Positions 9,845-19,125 of a stretch of DNA of 60,795 nt are shown here, one piece after another. Numbering within the stretch: position 1 is the first letter of the stretch; the number at the start of each line of letters is the position of its first letter. This stretch comes from an uncultured Acidimicrobiales bacterium (GTDB lineage: Bacteria; Actinomycetota; Acidimicrobiia; Acidimicrobiales; SZUA-35), in assembly GCA_937981915.1 (NCBI GenBank), contig CALJMD010000121.1:1-60795 (forward strand), given 5' to 3'. Both the position numbers and the translations under genes were made by a program. The notes beneath the pieces were generated by a model. That model did not search any database. It had not been told where the DNA came from and was given only the letters and a program-made list of their open reading frames with translations.

Positions 9845-9886
9845 GAAAGAGTCGGATAACAAGTCCGGCTCTTTCGTCGTTTTCGG
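9845..9886 (+). terminator. Rho-independent terminator downstream of aqpZ
   Basis: A 12-bp stem, GAAAGAGTCGGA (9845-9856) paired with TCCGGCTCTTTC (9864-9875) including one G-U pair, with a 7-nt loop. It is followed by GTCGTTTTCGG. Confidence 0.6.
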
Positions 9887-10147
9887 CAATCGTTCACACG
9901 AGACAGCTACCGCTGGTTCGCGCCCCGTCCTCGATTGTGGAGGATGTTGGCCATTGTGCCTAGCGTGAGGTAGCATTAACTCAGTGGCGCTGAGCGGGCG
10001 CCAACATCCGGGTCGTGCTGGCCCGGAGCGGCGAGTTTGCTGGTTTCGCCCAGCGTCCGTCGAAACAAGGCTTCCAGCACGTAGGTCTGGCGCACTCGTC
10101 ACCACGACGGGGCTGCGTCACAGGCAATTTGGAGAGACAACACCACT

Positions 10148-13100
10148 ATGAACGCGGCTGTATTGCCGGTTTCGCCCAGTGAATTCGTTGAGGTAGTTCA
10201 AGCACACCTCGACGACCGCGCCTCTGACGAGCAGATGGCGCTGCTGGAAGGTAATCGAAAGGCTTGGGCATCGGCTCTGCTTCGTCTTCTCGACGATGCG
10301 GTCATTGCCATTGATCGGGTTAACCAAACCCTCCAAGGGGCTGAACGAAGCCTTGTTGTTGCGGACTTTGAGCACGAGCGAAAGCGCATCGACGAGGTCC
10401 TGACTGGACTCATCGGCCCGGCAAAAGAGGTCGGGCAACGTCAATCCCCGCAGCCTCAGCCCGAACCGCCTGCAACGGCAGGCGAGGTGCAGTTGCAGTT
10501 GTCATGGACGCCGGGTCGAGTGGTGGCCTGGGCCGCGGGATATCGAGCTGATGCCGCTGACGAAGACGGTCTCAACAAGATGTTGGCGGACCTGGGGGCG
10601 GACTCGATCGGATGGGAAACCTATAACCCGGTCAAGATCCCGAACCAAGGTCGAGCAGCAGCGGTGTCGGCGCCGATCAGGGCATGTCTTGGTTGGCTGG
10701 TCGCCCAACGAGCAGCGGTCGACAACGACAACGCGGGCGCCAGTGTTGCCTGGATGGGGCACCTCACGGCACTAGCGGTTCGCCTAGCCACACAGGGGCG
10801 GGTAGTCCCGCAGTTGAAGAAGGCTCGTCGGACGGCGGCGACACCTAAGGGCGACGACGGCATGACCCCGTTCGAGGTCCGCTGGACGCCGGCGCTGCTC
10901 AGTTCGAAAGAGCATGCTGCGTTGGCCAAGTCCCTGCCTGGCGCCGTCGGCGTTATTGAGAGTCGGCCTGATGCAGCGGCCATGACCGATGCGATTCTTT
11001 CCGATCTTGTAAGCGCGATCTGTCACGAGGCAGCGGGACGGCTCGACGTACCGGCCCCACCCCCGGACCCGACGACCAAGGCGGACGTAGCGGAAAGCTT
11101 CCTCGCCCTCTTGGACGGGACGGCGTTCCTGGCGCCAAGTCGAATGGGATCGGAGCTTGCCCGCCGTATTGACCAATGGACCAAGCCGGTTGCCGCTGTC
11201 AAGCAGTTCCAGCTGGTGATCCAGCTCGACGCACCCGACGAGTCCAATGCCTGGTACCTATCGGTGTTGGCTCCCGGAACAGAGGGCCGTCTTCTTCCGG
11301 TGGAACAGGTGATCGTGAATTCGCCTGCCGCTCGGCGCAAAGAGGTTGAACAGGAGCTTTCGAGACTCGAACGTCTCTACCCCGAGTTGCTGCGCCCCGG
11401 CGCCAGGCGGCGCGGTGAGGTAGTGCTGAGTCAGGACGAAGCGTGGCAGCTGATGACGGTCGACGGTGCCGTACTAATCGCATCGGGATACGAAGTGCGA
11501 GCCCCGGCGCTGTCGAAGAAACGACCGAGCCCGGCGCTTCGTCTCACGTCTGAGGACGCACAAGAGAGCGTTGTCGGAGCTCAACAGTTGGCGAACGTCC
11601 GTTGGAGCGTGGTATTCGACGACGTCGAACTCTCCGCTGACGACATTGAAGATTTGGCCTCTCAGGCTCGACCCCTGGTCCACAGCGATGGACGTTGGGT
11701 TGAGCTCGACAAGGCCGATCTGGCCGAGGCTGCTGCGGCACTAGCCGAACGGGCCGACCAGTCCAGGATGAGCGGCGCCGACATGTTGCGCCACGTGCTG
11801 GGTCTCGACGGTTCGCCGTTCTCCGGTGGAATCTCACTGGCCGGCGATGGCTGGGCGGCCGATCTGCTGCAGAGCGCCGCTGATCTCCCGGCCGACCCGC
11901 CGACGACGATGGAAGGATTCAGCGGCGAGCTCCGGACGTATCAGGCCGAGGCTCGAACATGGCTGTCGTTCCTTGACGATGCCGGACTCGGCGGGTGCCT
12001 TGCCCTCGATATGGGACTGGGCAAGACACCGACGATGCTGGCCCACATGATGACAACGGCCGGCAATGGTCCGGGTCTTGTTATCGCTCCACCGGCCGTA
12101 GTCGGCAACTGGGCGTCCGAGGCGGCCAAGTTTGTCCCCGATCTAAGGGTCTTGGTTCATCATGGCCCCAGTCGTGCGTCGGCTGACAAAATCGCGGCCG
12201 CGGTGGATCGCCATGATTTGATAATCACCACCTACGGCACTGCGGTGCGCGACATGAACCACCTGGAGAAGATCCAGTGGGACAAGATCGTTCTCGACGA
12301 AGCGCAGGCCATCAAGAACCCGGCTTCAGATACCGCTCAGTCATTGCGGCGTTTGGAAGCAAGGACACGGGTTGCGTTGACCGGTACGCCTATCGAAAAC
12401 GGCTTGGGCGACCTGTGGGCCATTATCGACTTCACCAATCCGGGCCTGGTTGGGCCACGAGCTGCGTTTGTCGCCAACTTGTCCGCCAACGGAGAAGGCA
12501 GCGCAGAACGAGCACTGAGGGCACTGAACGGCATTCTGGTCTTCCGACGCACCAAGGCGGAGCCGAGCATTGCCGCCGAGTTGCCGGATCGAATCGACGA
12601 GCTTGACCATTGCGCCATGACGCCCGAGCAGATCGGGTTGTACCAGGCCGTGCTCGACAACTTGTTGGTCGAAACCACGAAGGACGACGGATCCCCTCGA
12701 CAGAAGGGAGCGGTCCTGGCGGCGATCACGGCGTTGAAGCAGATCTGCAACCACCCCGTTGCCTATCGGGCTGATGAGGAGCCGCTAGACGGTCGCTCCG
12801 GCAAGCTGGCTCGCCTCAATCAGATCGTCGACAACGTCTTCGCATCGGGCGAGCGGATGCTGATCTTCACCCACTTCGCCACATGGGGAGACAAGCTCTC
12901 CAACTATCTTTCCGACCGAACCGGCCTGCCGATTGGTTGCTACCACGGTGGACTAACCCGTACCGCACGAGATCGAATGGTTGAGGAGTTCCAGGCCGGT
13001 GAGGGTCCGGGAGCCATGGTGCTGTCATTGAAGGCCGGTGGAACAGGGCTCAACTTGACTGCAGCTAGCCATGTTGTGCTGTACGACCGCTGGTGGAACC

Positions 13101-13522
13101 CTGCCGTTGAGGACCAGGCCCGCGATCGTGTCTGGAGAATTGGCCAGAAAAACACAGTGATCTGCCACCGCCTGGTTTGCCCCGGCACTGTCGACGAACG
13201 AGTCGAAGAAGTGGTCGCCGGTAAACGACAGATTGCCGAAATGGTGCTGCCCAAGTCAAGTTCCGTAGATGACCTCGACGCTGAGCAGCTTCGGGTTGCT
13301 CTTGGTTTGAACCCCGACCTCCTGGTAGCCGACCTGGACACTGACGGTTACGAGGCCGATTCAAGTGACTTTGGCCCCGAGGGAGCCGATTCCGAGGTAG
13401 ACGGTGACCCTGAAGTGGGTTCCGCAGCTACTACGCCGACGGGTAGCGAAGGCGGAGACGAATCCGAACCGTCAAGCGGCGACGAGGCTGACGATGCGGT
13501 TCTCGCCGGGCGGCCGTCATGA
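10148..13522 (+). CDS. SNF2-family DEAD/DEAH-box helicase (HelZ/RapA-like) with a ~600-aa N-terminal region and an acidic tail
   Basis: Helicase motifs 'LALDMGLGKT', 'IVLDEAQAIKN', 'ALTGTPIENGLGDLW', 'LSLKAGGTGLNLTAASHVVLYDRWWNPAVEDQARDRVWRIGQ'. Confidence 0.92.
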   Translation: MNAAVLPVSPSEFVEVVQAHLDDRASDEQMALLEGNRKAWASALLRLLDDAVIAIDRVNQTLQGAERSLVVADFEHERKRIDEVLTGLIGPAKEVGQRQSPQPQPEPPATAGEVQLQLSWTPGRVVAWAAGYRADAADEDGLNKMLADLGADSIGWETYNPVKIPNQGRAAAVSAPIRACLGWLVAQRAAVDNDNAGASVAWMGHLTALAVRLATQGRVVPQLKKARRTAATPKGDDGMTPFEVRWTPALLSSKEHAALAKSLPGAVGVIESRPDAAAMTDAILSDLVSAICHEAAGRLDVPAPPPDPTTKADVAESFLALLDGTAFLAPSRMGSELARRIDQWTKPVAAVKQFQLVIQLDAPDESNAWYLSVLAPGTEGRLLPVEQVIVNSPAARRKEVEQELSRLERLYPELLRPGARRRGEVVLSQDEAWQLMTVDGAVLIASGYEVRAPALSKKRPSPALRLTSEDAQESVVGAQQLANVRWSVVFDDVELSADDIEDLASQARPLVHSDGRWVELDKADLAEAAAALAERADQSRMSGADMLRHVLGLDGSPFSGGISLAGDGWAADLLQSAADLPADPPTTMEGFSGELRTYQAEARTWLSFLDDAGLGGCLALDMGLGKTPTMLAHMMTTAGNGPGLVIAPPAVVGNWASEAAKFVPDLRVLVHHGPSRASADKIAAAVDRHDLIITTYGTAVRDMNHLEKIQWDKIVLDEAQAIKNPASDTAQSLRRLEARTRVALTGTPIENGLGDLWAIIDFTNPGLVGPRAAFVANLSANGEGSAERALRALNGILVFRRTKAEPSIAAELPDRIDELDHCAMTPEQIGLYQAVLDNLLVETTKDDGSPRQKGAVLAAITALKQICNHPVAYRADEEPLDGRSGKLARLNQIVDNVFASGERMLIFTHFATWGDKLSNYLSDRTGLPIGCYHGGLTRTARDRMVEEFQAGEGPGAMVLSLKAGGTGLNLTAASHVVLYDRWWNPAVEDQARDRVWRIGQKNTVICHRLVCPGTVDERVEEVVAGKRQIAEMVLPKSSSVDDLDAEQLRVALGLNPDLLVADLDTDGYEADSSDFGPEGADSEVDGDPEVGSAATTPTGSEGGDESEPSSGDEADDAVLAGRPS

Positions 13523-13564
13523 AACGAACGGCACCGATCAATAACTGGATGAGGATGTCGCCAC

Positions 13565-13897
13565 ATGGCCTCTAAGCGTTCACGGAAGTCATCTAATCAG
13601 AAGTCTTCGAGCAAGGGAAAGGGCGGGGCGCGCCGTAAGAAGAAGACCGGCAAGGTCAACGCGGTTAGTCCCACCCAATTCTGGGGTGCCAAAGAGGATC
13701 TTCCCGATGCGGACGTCGAAGCGCACGTTTCCACGTACCCGCAGGCAATCGTGAAGTCGCTCGGACGACCTCCGCTGTCAGGTCATCAGAATGCGTCGGA
13801 ACACTACTTTGCCGCCGTCTACGAGCGGACCGTGGTATTGGGTTCAGCGCTCGCCGCTGCTGGCGATTTGATCGAAGCGGACGAACTCACCAGGTAG
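13565..13897 (+). CDS. Hypothetical protein with a Lys/Ser-rich basic N-terminus
   Basis: A 110-aa ORF 42 nt downstream of the helicase gene on the same strand. I recognise no motif. The coding call rests on position and composition only. Confidence 0.45.
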   Translation: MASKRSRKSSNQKSSSKGKGGARRKKKTGKVNAVSPTQFWGAKEDLPDADVEAHVSTYPQAIVKSLGRPPLSGHQNASEHYFAAVYERTVVLGSALAAAGDLIEADELTR

Positions 13898-13912
13898 TTC
13901 GTCCGGTGTCGA

Positions 13913-15370
13913 TCACGGGGCGTCTGAGCCCGGTGTTCGCCTATCGGAGAACAGCTGGTCCAGTCGCCGCTCTGACTCCGTTATCGTTTCCGCCAATCTT
14001 GGTGCGGCAACAGCGTGAGAGAGATGGTCGCCTTGGACGTGATCCAACGAATAGGCTTGGGCGGCCACGAGCTGTTGCTTAGTTTCGACTCGACAGGCAG
14101 TCACCACTAGACCTCGCTGATCAGACAGCTCCACGACCGCCTCAGCCAGTCGGTTGACGGTCTTGTCGTGGCCTAAGAGTTTGGTGAATGAACCAGACAG
14201 GTTCACGCCGACAAGAGGCAGATGGCGCAGGCGTTCGATCGAGATCGACGTTGGATCGACGCCGTCCACGATGAATTGGGCGCCGGCAGCTGCTTCTGAT
14301 TCGAGTACCCGGCGCACAAGAGGAAGATCCAGCAGCCGAGAGTCGGGCAGCTCAAGCAGAAGATCCGTGGACGGGAAAAGCCGTTTAAGTTCGCGAATCG
14401 ACGATCGGAACGATCGATGGCAAATCTCAACCGGGGCGACGTTGCAGTAGAGCTCCCGATTCGACAACAGACCCTCGCTACACCAGTGTTCGGCTGCCTC
14501 GGCCGCGCTTAGACGAAGTCGGCGACCCAGAGCGGGGAGCTGTCCGGTTTGCTCCGCTACCGCCAGCAGGTCTTCGCTGGCGATTGGTCCCCGTTGCCAG
14601 TGGTACCACCGAGCCAGGGCCTCAACACCTACAGCCGGCCCTGCAAGGCTTCGGCGGACCTGATAGCCCAGTCGCAGGTCGTCGGCCTCGATGGCCTCCG
14701 CCAGGTCGGTAGCCAATGCATCGGCTTCAGCAGAGACCTTGGCAATAGCGCTGTCGTACACCACGATGGGTCGGTTATCGCTTGTCTGCCCCAAGGCCTG
14801 TTCGGCGCAGTCGATCGCCGCCAACCCGGCATGTGACAAGCGTTCGACCGTTGGCTTGTCTCCGAGGAAGGAAATGCCCACTCGAAAGTCGATCAAGGCT
14901 GTGTGGTCGTTTCGTAGTGCCATTTCGGCCATTTGGGCGAACGCTTCGGTGATCTGTGTGGCAGTACGGGCGCGATCGCCGATTCCGCTGACCAGACCGA
15001 CGTAGTTGCGGTTACCCATCGGCCAAAGCTTGAAGCGGTACCGCATCGTGTCGGCGACAGCGCGGGCGAGACGGGCGGGCGAGGCGCTTGGCGGCGAGGA
15101 GTTGCCGAGGGACCAACAGGATAGATCTTCCACCTGTTGTCGGACCCGAACCGCCGCTACTTCGACGACGCCCGGTTCCCACAGGGCGGTGGCATCATCC
15201 AAGCAGCGCTCGACGTCTTGCCACGGTCTGGGCAGATCAACCGACTCCGAACGAGAGACGACGCTTCCTGTCTGCTCCGGGCGACGATTGACGAGCGGTC
15301 GGGTTGGTACGGATCGCGAACGTAGAGAACGAAGTGTCGGTGGTCTGATGTCATCGTGGGGGAAGCTCAC
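13913..15370 (-). CDS. EAL-domain protein with an N-terminal degenerate GGDEF-like region (c-di-GMP signalling family; catalytic residues partly substituted)
   Basis: 'LRLGYQVRRSL..GVEALARW..IASEDLLAVAEQTGQLPALGRRL' is the EAL-domain N-terminal signature. The later motifs are altered (see findings). Confidence 0.75.
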   Translation of the reverse strand: MSFPHDDIRPPTLRSLRSRSVPTRPLVNRRPEQTGSVVSRSESVDLPRPWQDVERCLDDATALWEPGVVEVAAVRVRQQVEDLSCWSLGNSSPPSASPARLARAVADTMRYRFKLWPMGNRNYVGLVSGIGDRARTATQITEAFAQMAEMALRNDHTALIDFRVGISFLGDKPTVERLSHAGLAAIDCAEQALGQTSDNRPIVVYDSAIAKVSAEADALATDLAEAIEADDLRLGYQVRRSLAGPAVGVEALARWYHWQRGPIASEDLLAVAEQTGQLPALGRRLRLSAAEAAEHWCSEGLLSNRELYCNVAPVEICHRSFRSSIRELKRLFPSTDLLLELPDSRLLDLPLVRRVLESEAAAGAQFIVDGVDPTSISIERLRHLPLVGVNLSGSFTKLLGHDKTVNRLAEAVVELSDQRGLVVTACRVETKQQLVAAQAYSLDHVQGDHLSHAVAAPRLAETITESERRLDQLFSDRRTPGSDAP

Positions 15371-15583
15371 GGGGGGACTCCTTGTGACCGCCTCCGACGT
15401 TGCCGGATCGAGACAGTCTCGTTCTTTCCGTCGGCCGATGAGACCAAGGAATTACGAGATGCCTACGATCGGAATAGGGCGGGGGAGAAATCGGTTACGG
15501 TTGGGGTTGGAGAGCTGTCCGAACCGAACTGATCGGGTATCTGAGGCAGCGACAGCCGTAACCGGAGAGAGGAGACCGAGGTC

Positions 15584-15739
15584 ATGGCACAGAGAAAGCG
15601 CTCCCACATAGAGCAGCAGCGACATAACCGTTGGGCAAGTCTTCAGTGGACCGTTCTGGTCGTACTGGTGCTACTGGCAAGCGTTGCCGCATTCGTCCTG
15701 TTCGACGGTGCCGGCGTGACCGGTGGTCACTCCAACTAG
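15584..15739 (+). CDS. Putative 51-aa single-pass membrane protein (below the ORF-track size cutoff)
   Basis: ATG 15584 is preceded by GGAGAGAGGAGA. The translation is MAQRKRSHIEQQRHNRWASLQWTVLVVLVLLASVAAFVLFDGAGVTGGHSN*, a basic N-terminus followed by one hydrophobic helix. Confidence 0.4.
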   Translation: MAQRKRSHIEQQRHNRWASLQWTVLVVLVLLASVAAFVLFDGAGVTGGHSN

Positions 15740-15763
15740 CTCTCCGTCGCTGACCGCCCCTCG

Positions 15764-16573
15764 TTAGTGGCGCCAGCTCACCGAGTACCAGGCCTCCATG
15801 GTTGATTTCGGAGCGACGGTAGCGGGGGCGAGATTGAACTGGTTGGGCGGCCCCGTTTGCGGCTCGACGCAAAGTGCGTGCTCAGGCTCGGTGTAGATAA
15901 CCCAGTGCTGGCATGAAGAACGAAGCTCGATTGAGAGAAGATCACCCCACGCAATCTGTGGGTGTGAGGTCAACTCGGTGAAGCAGTCGTCCCACGGCCC
16001 GGGGGGCACATCGATCAGTTGTCCGGTTGGGATCCCCCTGCCGTCTCGTTCGAACATCTTGGCTTCGCCGAACTGAAGGTCGGCGCTGTGCCCTTCCAGC
16101 TCCCGCACGAACCATGGGTGCCAGCCAATCATCGCCGGCATTGCCTGCTCGGCCGCCACCGTCATATAGCAACGAAAGAAATTGGCGGTCAGTTCAAAGG
16201 TTTGGGACACCGTGCCACTGAAGGGCCATGGGGCTGCCAGGTCAAAGATTGCCGCATCGGAGCCAACCTGACGCCACGGCTGGGTAAAGCCGGTGCCGTG
16301 TAGTGAGTGGTCGCCCATGTTGAGTGGAAGCTGATGCTCCTGACCGTGGAATGAGAAGCGGCCGTCAGCTACTCGACCGGCCCACGGAACCATTGGGTAG
16401 GCGCCCCACCCAAACGGGTCGTCTGCTCGATGCTCGACCGCCTTAGTGACAAGCAACTCGTGGCCCGCGACGGTGAGCGACGCCAGCCGTCCTCCGTGAG
16501 TGAGGTCGACGATCGCAGTGGCCCCATCGGCGGTCAAGGTCAGCTCTTCGCATGCGTTGGACACAGACGACAC
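15764..16573 (-). CDS. Aldose 1-epimerase (galactose mutarotase-like) family protein
   Basis: 'LTHGGRLASLTVAGHELL', 'WGAYPMVPWAGRV', 'HGTGF...W' and 'IGWHPWF' fit the family. The ORF-track start at 16732 overlaps the upstream ligase gene, so GTG 16573 or 16564 is more plausible. Confidence 0.75.
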   Translation of the reverse strand: MSSVSNACEELTLTADGATAIVDLTHGGRLASLTVAGHELLVTKAVEHRADDPFGWGAYPMVPWAGRVADGRFSFHGQEHQLPLNMGDHSLHGTGFTQPWRQVGSDAAIFDLAAPWPFSGTVSQTFELTANFFRCYMTVAAEQAMPAMIGWHPWFVRELEGHSADLQFGEAKMFERDGRGIPTGQLIDVPPGPWDDCFTELTSHPQIAWGDLLSIELRSSCQHWVIYTEPEHALCVEPQTGPPNQFNLAPATVAPKSTMEAWYSVSWRH

Positions 16574-16631
16574 GGTAGCCGTGGCCGTTAGCTCGCTGGT
16601 GAATGGCCTTGGCGCGGCCCGGAGGTGATGT

Positions 16632-18236
16632 CTAGTCCTCAATCCCAGGGAGTTCGCCGGCGGCGTACTGGGCCCTAAGTACCTTTTTGTCGAACTTGCC
16701 GACGGACGTCTTGGGAATCTCCTCGACGGCACAAAACCGCTCGGGTAGCCACCATTTTGCTACATGGCCCTGGAGATGTTCTCGGAGGGCCTCCGGCGCC
16801 GGCGCAGCGCCAGACATCGGGACGATGCATGCCAACGGCCGTTCATCCCAGCGGTCGTCGGGAATGCCGATGACGGCCGCTTCTCGAACGCCTGGATGCG
16901 ACATGAGGAGATTCTCCAAATCGACGCTTGAGATCCACTCGCCGCCGGACTTGATGACATCTTTGGCCCGATCGGAGATCTGGATGAAACCATCTGCGGT
17001 GATTGTCCCGACGTCGCCTGTTCTCAGCCAGCCGTCGTGGAATTTCTCCTCTGCCGTGTCGTGCACGTAGCTACCAGTTACCCACGGTCCACGGATCTCA
17101 ATCTCGCCTTGGGCGGAGCCGTCGTTTGGTAGAACAGTTCCGGCGTCGTCACAAATGCGGATTTCTACGCCCGGCAGGGTGCGCCCGGTTTTCGATCGCC
17201 ACTTCAGCGCTTCATCGCCTTGGTTCTTGGGCGGTCTGGCGATAGCGGCCAGCGGGCTCGTTTCGGTCATTCCCCATGCCTGTGTGACAGTGACCCCGTA
17301 GGTGTCGTCGTAGGCTTGCATGAGGCTGGTGGGAACCGCTGATCCACCGCAGATGATCTCCCGAAGTGACGAGAGGTCCGCAGTCGGGCGGTTGTGAAGC
17401 AGGTCGTTCAAGACGGTCGGTACGGCGCCTGAGTAGGTTGGGCGCACGGTCTCGATAATGTCAGCCAGGGGAGCGGCTTGCAGGTGGGGTCCGGGGAGGA
17501 TCAGATCGGCTCCCACCATCCATCCGGCGTAGGGCATGCCCCATGCCATGGCATGAAACATGGGCACGATCAGCAAGATTCGGTCGGCCTCGGTGAACGC
17601 CATCGACTGTGCTCCCGTGACCCCGAGAGAGTGAATGAAGATTGACCGCTGGGAGTAGGCAACGCCCTTGGGATTGCCGGTTGTGCCGCTGGTATAACAA
17701 ACGGCGGCCGCTGAGCGTTCGGGAACCGTCGGGTAGCCGAACGTTGGGTCGTGAGATCGAATCAGTTGGTGATAATCGATGGTTTCTCCGAGGTCGTCGA
17801 AGTCTCCTTCACCAACGGTGAGAATGTGCTCGACAGTTGAGAGCTTTGAACGGACTTTTGCCAGCAATGGAGCCAACGATGCATCAACGATGAGGACGCG
17901 GTCCTCAGCGTGGTTGATGACGTAGGCCAGCTGTTCGGGAAACAGCCGGATGTTGAGTGTGTGAAGGACTGCTCCCATGCTGGGCACAGCGAGATACGCC
18001 TCGAGGTGATGCTGGTTGTTCCAGCAGAACGTGCCTACCCGGTCTCCTGGCACGACGCCCAACGAGGACAGTGCAGATGCCAGACGGTCGGCGTTTGCCC
18101 CAATGTCGGCATACGACGCCGTTACGGGCTTGTCGCCACTCCAGGTGGTGACCGTCGATCCGGCGTGTATCGATCGTCCGTGCTGAAACAGTTGAAGGAC
18201 GCTCAGTTCGACGTCCTGCATGGTGCTGGCAAACAT
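16632..18236 (-). CDS. AMP-dependent acyl-CoA synthetase (medium/long-chain fatty-acid-CoA ligase)
   Basis: 'VCYTSGTTGNPKGVAYSQRS', 'GWLRTGDVGTITADGFIQISDRAKDVIKSGGEWISS' and 'IPKTSVGKFDKK'. Confidence 0.92.
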   Translation of the reverse strand: MFASTMQDVELSVLQLFQHGRSIHAGSTVTTWSGDKPVTASYADIGANADRLASALSSLGVVPGDRVGTFCWNNQHHLEAYLAVPSMGAVLHTLNIRLFPEQLAYVINHAEDRVLIVDASLAPLLAKVRSKLSTVEHILTVGEGDFDDLGETIDYHQLIRSHDPTFGYPTVPERSAAAVCYTSGTTGNPKGVAYSQRSIFIHSLGVTGAQSMAFTEADRILLIVPMFHAMAWGMPYAGWMVGADLILPGPHLQAAPLADIIETVRPTYSGAVPTVLNDLLHNRPTADLSSLREIICGGSAVPTSLMQAYDDTYGVTVTQAWGMTETSPLAAIARPPKNQGDEALKWRSKTGRTLPGVEIRICDDAGTVLPNDGSAQGEIEIRGPWVTGSYVHDTAEEKFHDGWLRTGDVGTITADGFIQISDRAKDVIKSGGEWISSVDLENLLMSHPGVREAAVIGIPDDRWDERPLACIVPMSGAAPAPEALREHLQGHVAKWWLPERFCAVEEIPKTSVGKFDKKVLRAQYAAGELPGIED

Positions 18237-18299
18237 GACGTTAAGTGTCGCTCAGCGTCGGATGGAAAGCCAAGCCGATGGCGACGTGGCGGGAAGCGT

Positions 18300-19019
18300 T
18301 CAGCGCTTGAGTCTGGCTTGCTGAATGGCGTAGAAGGCTACAGCGGCGGCGGAGCCCACGTTGATCGAGTCCACATCCCCCGACATGGGGATTCGGACGC
18401 GCTCGTCGGCCGCTTCCAAGCTTTCTGCACTCAGACCGGGGCCCTCCGAGCCGAGCAGCAATCCCACGGCATCGTCTTCGGTGAACGCTAGATCGGCGAT
18501 ATCGGTTGCAGCCGGATCGGGGGTTAAAGCCAGCAAGCGAAATCCTCGGCTCTTCAGCAACTGCAGGTCTTGAGGGAACGGCCCCAGCCTGGCGTACGGC
18601 ATCGAATAGGCTTCGCCCATCGAGACCCTGCCACTGCGCCGGTACAGCGGGTCACAACAAGTCTTGTCCATCACGAATGCGTCGACCCCGAGTGCGGCTG
18701 CACAGCGAAGAATGACGCCAAGGTTCGTCGGGTTGTTGATGTTCTCGAGCACGACGGCCGTTCGAACTCCCGTCAGGGCTTCGTCGATCGAAAGCAGACT
18801 TCGACGTCGAAAACACGCCAGAACACCGCGGTGAAGGTGGTAGCCGGTGACCTTGATCAACACTTCCGGTCCGCAGGCGTAGAGGGGCACGTCATCGGGA
18901 ACTTCGCCGGGCAACGGCTTGGTTCTCTTACCGTCCACCAGCATTGATTCAAGTCGGTAGCCGGCTCTCAAGGCGCGCCCAACAACAATGTCGCCTTCGG
19001 CAATGAAGAATCCGGCCAC
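18300..19019 (-). CDS. TrmH/SpoU-family RNA 2'-O-methyltransferase (minimal ORF; homology continues upstream to ~19142 without a canonical start)
   Basis: SpoU motifs 'VVLENINNPTNLGVILRCAAALG', 'LLLGSEGPGLS' and 'IPMSGDVDSINVGSAAAVAFY'. Upstream in-frame codons encode 'ADIARIEINDPDDQRIEVFQGLRDHVLRRERE', which resembles the conserved N-terminus of actinobacterial homologues. Confidence 0.85.
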   Translation of the reverse strand: MAGFFIAEGDIVVGRALRAGYRLESMLVDGKRTKPLPGEVPDDVPLYACGPEVLIKVTGYHLHRGVLACFRRRSLLSIDEALTGVRTAVVLENINNPTNLGVILRCAAALGVDAFVMDKTCCDPLYRRSGRVSMGEAYSMPYARLGPFPQDLQLLKSRGFRLLALTPDPAATDIADLAFTEDDAVGLLLGSEGPGLSAESLEAADERVRIPMSGDVDSINVGSAAAVAFYAIQQARLKR

Positions 19020-19125
19020 GTCTCCACCGGGGAGCTCGCGCTCTCGGCGAAGGACGTGGTCCCGAAGCCCCTGAAAGACCTCTATGCGTTGGTCGTCCGG
19101 GTCGTTGATCTCGATGCGGGCGATG

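Noticed and set aside
9794-10444. Two minus-strand ORFs (9794..10105 and 10118..10444) between aqpZ and the start of the SNF2 gene
   Set aside because: - Their composition is Arg/Pro/Ser-rich, and the second is antisense to the helicase 5' end.
- They have no start context or motifs.
- I treat the region as non-coding (see the structured-region finding).
10148-13522. The SNF2 helicase as part of a phage-defence island (DISARM/BREX-like)
   Set aside because: It has no adjacent methyltransferase, PLD, DUF1998 or other defence partners. The flanking genes are aqpZ and signalling or metabolic genes, and the architecture matches housekeeping HelZ-like proteins.
15006-15611. 201-aa plus-strand ORF spanning the 5' end of the EAL gene and the following intergenic region
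   Set aside because: It is Arg-rich and low-complexity, antisense to a well-supported gene for most of its length, and has no SD or motif.
16574-16732. N-terminal extension of the aldose-epimerase ORF
   Set aside because: It is Arg/Pro/Ser-rich, overlaps the 3' end of the acyl-CoA synthetase gene by 100 nt, and family similarity starts after GTG 16573.
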